Shown: positions 29,171-37,032 of the stretch, piece by piece | Layout of the letters: every line of letters begins with the position of its first letter | Numbering within the stretch: position 1 is the stretch's first letter | Assembly (NCBI GenBank): GCA_028279985.1 | Contig: JANQMR010000039.1 | Coordinates: forward strand, 1,656 to 65,655 | Direction of reading: 5' to 3' | Source: Woeseiaceae bacterium | Lineage (GTDB): Bacteria; Pseudomonadota; Gammaproteobacteria; Steroidobacterales; Woeseiaceae | Length of the DNA: 64,000 bases | Position numbers and translations under genes: made by a program | Notes under the pieces: model-generated | The model's database searches: none | Seen by the model: the letters and a program-made list of their open reading frames with translations, nothing else | Told to the model about the DNA's origin: nothing

Positions 29171-31123
29171 ATGATTGCGCAGCGGAAATCCATGGTGACC
29201 GCCCTCACAGTAGGCATCCTGCTGTCGGTAGGCTGGCTCTTGTATCGCCCGGGGACAGGCGGCGTTTTCCTGCTTGACGATTTCGATACGCTTGGCGGAC
29301 TCGCAGTAATCGAGGATCTGGGATCGGCAATCGATTACATCGGATCTTTCAACGAAGGTCCCTTGGGCCGCCCACTCGCAATGGCCAGCTTCGCTCTCCA
29401 GGCTGAGAGCTGGGATGAGGATCCGGCTTCGTTCATCCGAGCCAATACTGCGATTCACTTGTTTAATGGCCTTTTGGTATTCCTTTTCCTTAGCCATTTG
29501 TGCCGGGCACTGCGCTTCGACGATACCGACTCTCGATTCGTTGCGATCGCAGCGACGGCGCTTTGGATAGTCATGCCGCTACTAGCATCGGCGAATCTGT
29601 TGATTGTCCAACGTATGACTACACTGAGTGCGACGTTTGTCCTAACCGGACTGGCTGGTTACCTGAGCCTGCGCCGCAGAATCAAACACAGTACTGATAT
29701 GTCGCTGTTGCTCCTGGGACTGGTTCTGGCATTGACAACCTTGCTTGCTGTGCTCTCCAAGGAAAACGGTGCACTTCTGCCGACACTTGTCCTCGTGTTG
29801 GAGCTCACATTACTTAGTCGGCCAGAGTCCGTACCTACGGTTAAATGGCGATCCTGGATGGCTGTCTTTCTCGTACTGCCGACGGTCGTTATTGCCGTCT
29901 ACCTCGCTTTTAGAATCCCATATAGCGAGTCGGTGCTTGCCAGGCGAGACTTCGATACAGGTGAGAGACTATTGACTCAGGCGCGTGTTCTATGGGAGTA
30001 CCTCTCTCATGCGCTACTTCCGAGACCTACCGAGCTAGGTCCTTTTCACGACGCGTACCCAGTAGCCAGGTCCCTTACCGATCCAGCAACCGCTGCGGCG
30101 GCCTGTAGTTGGGTGCTGCTTGCTGTTGGCGCATTCGTTTGGCGCAGACGTTACCCTGTTGCCGCTTTCGCCGTACTCTGGTATCTCGCTGCTCACTCGA
30201 TCGAATCGACGACCATACCGCTGGAACTCTATTTCGAGCATCGTAATTACGTACCCATTATTGGCCCGTTGTTTGCCCTTTGTGCCGTGGCTGCCCGCGT
30301 CCCGACCGGATACCAATATAGTGCGCGCACTGGCATCCTCGCATACATCTTCGTCAACGCCGGGATACTGTTCAGCGTGACTTCACTATGGGGACAGCCG
30401 ATGGTCGCTGCAGGCAATTGGTATGCAAATGCACCGAATTCTATGCGCGCCGTTTCAAACCTCGCCAATCGCCAAATGCTCGAGATGGGCCCGATGGTCG
30501 GCGCAATAACACTCGGGGATTTCGCGCAAGCTCATCCCAAGCATTCTTACTTGCACATTCCGCAACTGGCGGTAGCATGCAACGCTAGGCCGGACTTGGA
30601 CTACACGGAAGACGTAGAACGTTTGCTAGAAGTACTTCCAAAGACCGGATTCTCATATACAGCAGGTGAGATGCTGGATACTCTGCAATCCGTCATAACC
30701 GACGAACCTTGTAAGGGAGTTGACAGCGAGGTCATCGCCAACCTTGCAGCAGCACTGATGCGGAACCCACGTTATCGAGTAAACCGCGTGTATCGCCAAT
30801 ATCACGAGCAATTGCTGGCAAGACTCGCCTGGGACGACGGCGACGTGGAAAAAGCGATCGAGCACTTGCACAATGCGTTCGAAATATGGCCGCATGCACG
30901 CGTTAACACAATGATGATCACCGCACTAGTGAGTATTGGCAAATTCGAGGAAGCACGAGAGTTTGCTGCAGAAGCAGAGCGGCGCTTGCCGCGACACCCG
31001 CTCAGGCGTCGGATCTCGCGCAGGGAACTCGACGGCCTGAGTGACTATATCGACTCCGCCGAAAGAGACGCTCGAACGAGCGATGAATCGTCAGGTGCCG
31101 GGCTGGCACACAATAATGACTAA
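29171..31123 (+). CDS. Polytopic GT-C-fold glycosyltransferase, TMTC/PMT-like, with C-terminal helical-repeat domain (paralog 2)
   Basis: About 650 aa. ATG at 29171 (AGGAA 10 nt upstream), with an alternative ATG at 29129 that overlaps paralog 1. It carries the same motif set: FLLDDFDT (DD at 29276-29281), GRPLAMASF, NTAIHLFNGLLV and YFEHRNYVPIIG. Long blocks are identical to paralog 1 (VQRMTTLS, KENGALLPTLVL, RRRYPVAAFA). Confidence 0.65.
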   Translation: MIAQRKSMVTALTVGILLSVGWLLYRPGTGGVFLLDDFDTLGGLAVIEDLGSAIDYIGSFNEGPLGRPLAMASFALQAESWDEDPASFIRANTAIHLFNGLLVFLFLSHLCRALRFDDTDSRFVAIAATALWIVMPLLASANLLIVQRMTTLSATFVLTGLAGYLSLRRRIKHSTDMSLLLLGLVLALTTLLAVLSKENGALLPTLVLVLELTLLSRPESVPTVKWRSWMAVFLVLPTVVIAVYLAFRIPYSESVLARRDFDTGERLLTQARVLWEYLSHALLPRPTELGPFHDAYPVARSLTDPATAAAACSWVLLAVGAFVWRRRYPVAAFAVLWYLAAHSIESTTIPLELYFEHRNYVPIIGPLFALCAVAARVPTGYQYSARTGILAYIFVNAGILFSVTSLWGQPMVAAGNWYANAPNSMRAVSNLANRQMLEMGPMVGAITLGDFAQAHPKHSYLHIPQLAVACNARPDLDYTEDVERLLEVLPKTGFSYTAGEMLDTLQSVITDEPCKGVDSEVIANLAAALMRNPRYRVNRVYRQYHEQLLARLAWDDGDVEKAIEHLHNAFEIWPHARVNTMMITALVSIGKFEEAREFAAEAERRLPRHPLRRRISRRELDGLSDYIDSAERDARTSDESSGAGLAHNND

Positions 31124-31141
31124 GCCTGAGAGGATTTTGAG

Positions 31142-31993
31142 ATGGCGACGCTATCGATAATCATACCGGCCAAGAACGAAGCCATCACAATCGCCGACAT
31201 CGTCGCGCGAGCGCACTCACGATTCGGCGACGCAGAGATCATCGTCGTCAACGATGGATCGGACGACGAGACGGCGCGACTAGCCGCCAACGGAGGCGCG
31301 ACCGTCGTCACTCATCCCGTGTCGTTAGGCAACGGAGCTGCAATAAAGAATGGCGCCAGGGCGGCGACGGGTGACACACTGGTAATGATGGATGCAGACG
31401 GCCAACATCAACCGGAGGAGATCGTTAAACTGCTCCAAAAACTTGACGAAGGATTCGATATGGTAGTCGGTGCACGCGATTCTGGCTCGCACGCCAATGT
31501 CGGCCGCCTAGTCGCCAACGGATTCTATAATCGTTTCGCATCGATGATCAGCGGCCAAACTATACCGGACCTGACATCTGGATTCCGCGCAGTTCGCGCT
31601 GTCCATTTCAACAGGTTTCTGCACCTATTGCCGAACGGCTTTTCGTATCCAACAACAATCACGATGGCCTTCCTACGATCCGGTTTTCCTGTCGGGTTCG
31701 TTCCGATTAGCGCAAAAAAACGGAGAGGAAGAAGTCATATCAGGCCAATTCGAGATGGCCTACGTTTCCTCGCGATTATTTTTAAAGTGGCAACACTATA
31801 TTCACCGTTGAAGATCTTCCTGCCGATCAGCGCCGCGTTCTTCCTGACCGGTATCGGCTACTACGTATACACCTATCTCATGGTCGGTCGGTTTACGAAT
31901 ATGAGCCTCCTCGTTTTGAGTGCTTCCGTGATTGTCTTTCTGATTGGATTGATCTCGGAGCAGATTACCGCTCTTACATTCAGCAAGTCGTGA
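31142..31993 (+). CDS. GT2 polyprenyl-phosphate glycosyltransferase (GtrB/Dpm1/ArnC-like)
   Basis: 283 aa with IIIPAKNE, VVNDGSDDET and the DAD motif (MDADGQH), then two C-terminal TM helices, the architecture typical of lipid-phosphate-sugar synthases. Strong RBS GAGAGGA. Confidence 0.8.
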   Translation: MATLSIIIPAKNEAITIADIVARAHSRFGDAEIIVVNDGSDDETARLAANGGATVVTHPVSLGNGAAIKNGARAATGDTLVMMDADGQHQPEEIVKLLQKLDEGFDMVVGARDSGSHANVGRLVANGFYNRFASMISGQTIPDLTSGFRAVRAVHFNRFLHLLPNGFSYPTTITMAFLRSGFPVGFVPISAKKRRGRSHIRPIRDGLRFLAIIFKVATLYSPLKIFLPISAAFFLTGIGYYVYTYLMVGRFTNMSLLVLSASVIVFLIGLISEQITALTFSKS

Positions 31994-31996
31994 CCG

Positions 31997-32722
31997 ATGC
32001 TCGATCGACTAAGGAAGTTCGCCGCTCGCGTTCGGAAGACGCCGTTACATCCACAATGGTTCGCATTCCTGCATTCGGACAGAGATCTACAAGAAATTTG
32101 CAAGGACCTCTCCGGCATGGTCCTTGACGTCGGAAGTGCGGAAGGTCGTCCTCGTCGTTACCTGTCTGAAAGCGCTACTTACGTCGCTCTCGACTACTAC
32201 GAAACGGCGAGCGAATGGTACTGTACGCGACCCGACGTGTATGGAGACGCGCAAGCGCTGCCCATCGCCAGTGCCTCCATCGACCACGTGCTGCTATTGA
32301 ACGTGCTTGAACACCTTCCCCGACCGGATCTGTGCCTACAGGAACTAAACCGGGTTCTCGAGCACGGCGGTAGCCTGACTATACAGGTCCCGTTTCTGTA
32401 TCCAGTCCACGACGCCCCGCTCGATTTTCATCGCTGGACTCGCTATGGACTGGTACAGGCCGCAGGTCGATCCGGCTTTGAGGTCGTTTTGGAAGGTGCG
32501 ATCGGTCACCCGCTGGAGACTGCCGCATTGAACCTGAACATTGCTATCGCCAAATCCACCCTCAATTGGATCGAAAAAAAGAGCCCTTTGGCGATACTGG
32601 TTGTTGCGGTACCTCCCCTTGTCTTTCTCATAAACTGCCTTGCCTGGGTTGTGGCGGCTGTAAGCCCAGATGATGACATGATGCCTCACGCATACCGAAT
32701 GCGCTGGATCAAGAGCTTCTAA
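31997..32722 (+). CDS. Class I SAM-dependent methyltransferase with C-terminal membrane anchor
   Basis: Motif I VLDVGSAEG and a Methyltransf_11-like core (IDHVLLLNVLEHL...LNRVLEHGGSL), followed by a hydrophobic helix LAILVVAVPPLVFLINCLAWVVAAV. It starts 3 nt after the GT2 stop. Confidence 0.7.
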   Translation: MLDRLRKFAARVRKTPLHPQWFAFLHSDRDLQEICKDLSGMVLDVGSAEGRPRRYLSESATYVALDYYETASEWYCTRPDVYGDAQALPIASASIDHVLLLNVLEHLPRPDLCLQELNRVLEHGGSLTIQVPFLYPVHDAPLDFHRWTRYGLVQAAGRSGFEVVLEGAIGHPLETAALNLNIAIAKSTLNWIEKKSPLAILVVAVPPLVFLINCLAWVVAAVSPDDDMMPHAYRMRWIKSF

Positions 32723-33672
32723 GCCTTCCGGTGCGCGCCCGCGAGCGTTGCAATTGCGACGAAAACAAGGTCGACAATTAGCGACCACAGCCGACTGAAG
32801 ATAGTGAGAACCAGCGCAACCTCTCGCGGCAGGATTACTGACAGCAGCACCAACTGGCTTGCGTCTCTCACGCCGAGCCCGCTGGGAACACATGGGGCAG
32901 CCATACCGATTACACCAGACAGATTGACGGCACCGACGATAAAAATGAGGTCCGCGGCGGATACGGAACCCCATACGGCAAGTGCCATAAAGTAGTACGC
33001 GACCCCAGCCAGCAGGCTACCGATCGCGTAGAGTAACAGAGATCGCAAAGTCGCCTTGGAGTTCGTCGCCAACTCAGCGTAGGCTTCTTGGCCCCGTAGC
33101 ACTTTGTAGGAGAATCTGATCACGCGGTTGAATATCGCCGGTATCAGCAGGATAGCAAACACCAGTCCGGCACTCAGCACGGCCAACCCGATTCGTCCGT
33201 TGAACTGAGAAGTCAGGCGACCATCCAATCCGAGGAGCAAGAGTGAGACTGCTGCAATCGCGACTATCTGCGTGCCAGCCTCAAGGACAGAGGCAACCGT
33301 GAGGCGGCTTTTGGAAATCCCAAGGTCCCGCGCAAGAAGCACGCGACCGGCGATCCAAGGAACAGTACCGGGAATGTAGCGAGCCATCCAGGACCGCGCA
33401 TAGATCGATGCAAGCACGCTAAATGCAGGTATGTCGGTTGCGCCAAGATCCCGCAGAATTCCCCGCCAAATATAGACTCCCCAGTAACGAAATCCCAGAG
33501 AGAAGCAGGCGCCTATGAGTAGCGGCCAGGGATCGAGCCGTAACTCTCGGAGGATTTCATAATCTAGCTCCTGGAGAAACAGCGCAAGGAACACGACAAT
33601 TCCGGACAACAGCGCGGCGCGCAGCCAGAATTCTGTGCTGTGGCGTTTAGTCCTAGTCGAGGAGTCGGCCAA
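32719..33672 (-). CDS. Flippase-like integral membrane protein (LPG-synthase-TM / UPF0104 family)
   Basis: 317 aa with about 8 TM helices. The pattern (FRYWGVYIWRGILRDLG..., SWMARYIPGTVPWIAGRVLLA) resembles the lysylphosphatidylglycerol-synthase TM/flippase-like family. TTG start at 33672 is uncertain. Confidence 0.55.
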   Translation of the reverse strand: MADSSTRTKRHSTEFWLRAALLSGIVVFLALFLQELDYEILRELRLDPWPLLIGACFSLGFRYWGVYIWRGILRDLGATDIPAFSVLASIYARSWMARYIPGTVPWIAGRVLLARDLGISKSRLTVASVLEAGTQIVAIAAVSLLLLGLDGRLTSQFNGRIGLAVLSAGLVFAILLIPAIFNRVIRFSYKVLRGQEAYAELATNSKATLRSLLLYAIGSLLAGVAYYFMALAVWGSVSAADLIFIVGAVNLSGVIGMAAPCVPSGLGVRDASQLVLLSVILPREVALVLTIFSRLWSLIVDLVFVAIATLAGAHRKA

Positions 33673-34849
33673 ACGCGTCGCTCACTAGCTGCCGCTGTTC
33701 ATCGATCCTCGATGCCAACAACATACGTAGTCGTGGCGCCTCTCGAAGCGCCCTGTCGATGGCATCTAGTACAATTTCCTCCGCCTCATCCAGCAGCAGA
33801 TCCTCAATCGGAAAAGCATACTCTTCGAGGCCCAGTTGGTCGAAATAGACCCTGCCTTTGTCGACGTAGAAAAAGCTCAGGCTCGGCGTGCATCCACTAG
33901 TAGCAATGATACTGGAGTGGAGCCTTACGCCAATCATGAGCCTCGCTGCCGCCAATAACGCCCTAAGTAGACGCGGCGAGACGACATCGTCTCGCAAGAC
34001 CTTCAGGTTGATCTGCCGATCCAGTTCACCGGTGATCTGCTCGCAAAAGGATACATCCTCACCCATGTGCATGGGAACCACCAATATGTTGGGTGTGAAC
34101 TCGGCCATTGCCTCGATGGTCATGCTCAGGGCCGCTCTATACCGTTCGTTCCTGGAATCGGGACCCTCTTTAAAAAAGACCTTGCGATATCGGTAAGGCA
34201 GGACTCCACCCGTCGAATAGTGAAACCAGTTTCTTGGCGCGAATGCAATAAAGTCTTCAAGAAACGACTTGGTTATGCCGAGACGATCGAGCACCGCAAG
34301 ATCGTCGGAACTGAAGGGACCTGGCTTCGGTAGAATCGCCGGGTCGTAGGCCGCATCGATTTTGGATGGCTTCACTCCCCAGCTTCTCAACTTCTCGTAC
34401 GATTCGTCGTCGCGAAGTATGAACTTCCGGGTACGATTCACTATGAAAACAATCAATCGCTTGCTGACCGCGGATCCCGTGGGGCCAATGCCTTGGAATA
34501 CGCCGTATATGTTCGGATTAAAGGTGCGCAGCCAGAGAATCTTGAGGCACCAGTACCACAACGTAGCCTTGTTCGTATAGTCCTTGAGATACTCACCTCC
34601 CCCCCAGTACACAACATCGGAGCGTTTCGCCTCGCGACCGAGTCTTATCCAGTCCAACAGGTTGATCGATTGCACGTCGGACCTCAGAAAGTCGATCCCG
34701 AGCCAACGTCGATCTCGCTCGGCTTGCTCTGAAACTCCCGTTATCTCCGCACCGTTGTGCCGACGTCTCACCAGTTCGATGACACCTTCCGCAATCGCAC
34801 GATCGCCACGATTCTTCGCAAGATCACTGTTGATCAGTAGTACCCTCAC
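33653..34849 (-). CDS. Polysaccharide pyruvyl transferase family protein
   Basis: 398 aa. The N-terminal MRVLLINSDLAKNRGDRAI motif and GGGEYL are typical of the PS_pyruv_trans family (CsaB/WcaK-like). The GTG start forms a GTGA overlap with the GT4 stop. Confidence 0.7.
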   Translation of the reverse strand: MRVLLINSDLAKNRGDRAIAEGVIELVRRRHNGAEITGVSEQAERDRRWLGIDFLRSDVQSINLLDWIRLGREAKRSDVVYWGGGEYLKDYTNKATLWYWCLKILWLRTFNPNIYGVFQGIGPTGSAVSKRLIVFIVNRTRKFILRDDESYEKLRSWGVKPSKIDAAYDPAILPKPGPFSSDDLAVLDRLGITKSFLEDFIAFAPRNWFHYSTGGVLPYRYRKVFFKEGPDSRNERYRAALSMTIEAMAEFTPNILVVPMHMGEDVSFCEQITGELDRQINLKVLRDDVVSPRLLRALLAAARLMIGVRLHSSIIATSGCTPSLSFFYVDKGRVYFDQLGLEEYAFPIEDLLLDEAEEIVLDAIDRALREAPRLRMLLASRIDEQRQLVSDAFGRLLD

Positions 34850-36114
34850 CGCCCGCGCACTCCAGCGGCAGACTGCAGCAAATCCAGGTACTTCCGGCTA
34901 ATAGCTGGCCAGTCAAAATCAGCAGCAAGGCGTTTCGCCTCTTCCGCCTCGCGGGCAACGACGGCCGGCTCGGCATTGACATACCGGATGATAGCTGTCG
35001 CTATTGCCGCCGTATCTCTTTCCGGCACAATGGTGCCACAGCGACCATCGAGTATCTCCTGCGCGCCACTGACGTCGGTTGCGACGATCATTTTTCCGAA
35101 CGCAAGAGCTTCCATCAATGCCACAGGCAGACCTTCCGAGTCGCCCATGCTGTCGATGACTGATGGCAACACGAATAGTTCGCTGGCCTGAAAAAGGGCT
35201 TGCTTTGACTCACCGGTAACGTGACCCGTAAAGGTAACGTCACCGGACAACTTGAGACCCATCACTTGGTCCGCGAGCTGCCCCATAAGCTGACCGTCGC
35301 CTGCGATTACCAGCTGTATCTCACGACGAATATCCTCCGCGAGCGTAGAGTATGCATCGATTAGTACGTTGAATCCCTTTTTCTCGACCAGTCGCCCCAG
35401 CGCGAGAATGATTCTGCGAGATGCGTCTATCCCGCAGCCGTGCAAAGCCTCTCTGACGGTATGATCCGGAAGTCTGTCGGCGCCCATACCTGTGCCCATC
35501 GGTAGAATTGTCAGTTTGTGCGCGAATCTTTCTTCCCACTCTTTTTCGTCAAAGAAATCAATCAGTTTTCTAGCTGTTTGATTAGAGACCGCCGTAAAGG
35601 CCGAAGCATGCCGCAGGACGCTCCGAATTAGTCGTTTCGCCAAGGGAATACTCCGTAGTACCGAGACGTCCGAGGCATGTGTGGTAAACACGAAAGGAAT
35701 ACCTGAACGTCTGCTGACACTGTAAGCTATTACAGCTTGCGGCATGAACCAGTGCGCGTAGATGAGCCTTGGGTGAATCTCACGACACAACAAAGCCAGC
35801 GCCCTTCGCTGTGCCAAGAGAAAAAATGGAATCAACAGATACCGCGCCGGCTTCTCCCTGAGCGCTGGGAGAATTCCACGACCGGTCAGTGTTTCGAGTT
35901 TATGTGGCCAAAAATAATGATAACGAACTTCGGTGAATCCTTCGCGACGAATGAGCGACGGTAGAGATCCATCATATGTGTTGTGAGGAACGAGAACGTA
36001 GACGTCGAGCGAGGGGTCTTCTGCGAGCATTGCCGAGACCTGTTCGAAGACAAACGCCGGTACCGGATCGTCGGGTCGAGCGGGAAACGTCGTTGTGGAG
36101 ACAATGATCTTCAT
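34846..36114 (-). CDS. Glycosyltransferase family 4
   Basis: 422 aa with a GT-B fold. The C-terminal EX7E region is SEGLPVALMEALAFGKMIVATDVSG. ATG at 36114. Transcribed divergently from pilA1. Confidence 0.8.
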   Translation of the reverse strand: MKIIVSTTTFPARPDDPVPAFVFEQVSAMLAEDPSLDVYVLVPHNTYDGSLPSLIRREGFTEVRYHYFWPHKLETLTGRGILPALREKPARYLLIPFFLLAQRRALALLCREIHPRLIYAHWFMPQAVIAYSVSRRSGIPFVFTTHASDVSVLRSIPLAKRLIRSVLRHASAFTAVSNQTARKLIDFFDEKEWEERFAHKLTILPMGTGMGADRLPDHTVREALHGCGIDASRRIILALGRLVEKKGFNVLIDAYSTLAEDIRREIQLVIAGDGQLMGQLADQVMGLKLSGDVTFTGHVTGESKQALFQASELFVLPSVIDSMGDSEGLPVALMEALAFGKMIVATDVSGAQEILDGRCGTIVPERDTAAIATAIIRYVNAEPAVVAREAEEAKRLAADFDWPAISRKYLDLLQSAAGVRGR

Positions 36115-36156
36115 TGATTTAGCGGCGTCGTCGAACGACGACTAGCGGACGAAATC

Positions 36157-36206
36157 TGTCACATTTTGACAATGGCTGACAGTTTTGTCGGATCACGACC
36201 GTGACA
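36157..36206. promoter_or_regulatory. Candidate PilR enhancer (UAS): clustered TGTC/GACA inverted repeats
   Basis: TGTCA-cattt-TGACA (36157-36171), TGACA-gttt-TGTCg (36177-36190) and a further TGACA (36202-36206), 75-125 nt upstream of the sigma-54 promoter. Confidence 0.35.
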
Positions 36207-36281
36207 TCGATCACAGCCAGCGGCTGGCTTTTCGGGTACTTTACCAATACAAACAGCATCTTAGCAACGATTGTCAACTAT

Positions 36282-36297
36282 TGGCACAGCGTTTGCT
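36282..36297 (+). promoter_or_regulatory. Sigma-54 (-24/-12) promoter of pilA1
   Basis: TGGCAC-agcgt-TTGCT is an exact match to the TGGCAC-N5-TTGC(A/T) consensus, 60 nt upstream of the pilA1 ATG. The sigma-54 activator PilR is encoded upstream. Confidence 0.8.
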
Positions 36298-36357
36298 TTA
36301 TCACGCGTACGGGCAAACTCGCCGTATTAATTTAGATACTCTCACGGAGACTGAGAA

Positions 36358-36789
36358 ATGAAGAAGCAGCAGGGTTTCACACTCATCGAACTGATGATCG
36401 TCGTTGCGATCATCGGTATTCTGGCCGCGATCGCGATTCCGGCCTATCAGGACTACACGATCCGCGCGCAGGTATCCGAAGGCATCAATCTGTCGGCCGG
36501 CGCCAAAACCGCTGTCACCGAGTATTACCAGGATGTCGGCTCACTACCAGCCGACAACCCGCAAGCCGGTATCGCTTCAGCTGGCGAGATCCTCGGCAGG
36601 TATGTCACCGGTGTGGCAGTCGCAAATGGCGTTATTACAGTAACCTACGGCTCCCAGGCCAACCCGATCATCGCCACCAGACAAGTTGTTCTGAGGCCGG
36701 ACACGACCAACCCGGGCAGCGTAACCTGGCAGTGCGAGACGGCCGGTGGCATGGAGAACAAGCACGTTCCGGCGTCTTGCCGCAACTAG
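36358..36789 (+). CDS. pilA: Type IVa major pilin PilA (paralog 1)
   Basis: MKKQQG/FTLIELMIVVAIIGILAAIAIPAYQDY: short leader, Gly-1/Phe+1/Glu+5. C-terminal disulfide loop C...C (WQCETAGGMENKHVPASC). GGAG RBS. Confidence 0.92.
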   Translation: MKKQQGFTLIELMIVVAIIGILAAIAIPAYQDYTIRAQVSEGINLSAGAKTAVTEYYQDVGSLPADNPQAGIASAGEILGRYVTGVAVANGVITVTYGSQANPIIATRQVVLRPDTTNPGSVTWQCETAGGMENKHVPASCRN

Positions 36790-36826
36790 TACGCACCTGA
36801 ATCAACACTAGTTGCTGAAAGCGGGA

Positions 36827-36860
36827 GGGGCTCCGGCCGCGTCGTTGGAGCCCCTTAGTT
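36827..36860 (+). terminator. Putative intrinsic terminator/attenuator after pilA1
   Basis: GGGGCTCC-N12-GGAGCCCC (8-bp GC stem) followed by TTAGTTCTCC. The weak U-tract makes partial read-through into pilA2 plausible. Confidence 0.45.
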
Positions 36861-37032
36861 CTCCTCATCAATCGCGCTTATCGGCCGGGGACCATTGCAA
36901 CTGCCCATGATCCCACGCTCAACTCGCGCGAGTTCTGCGAACCTACAGCCGAGGCTCGGACCCAAGGTTTCGTTTAGAATACTTCACCAACCCGTCGAAA
37001 CGGCCGGCAGTTCGGAGAACAGGAGCTGAATA

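Noticed and set aside
27110-36114. Calling the pilin-locus island a mobile_element.
   Set aside because: Only compositional evidence exists (lower G+C). There is no integrase, transposase, tRNA junction or flanking direct or inverted repeat within the window.
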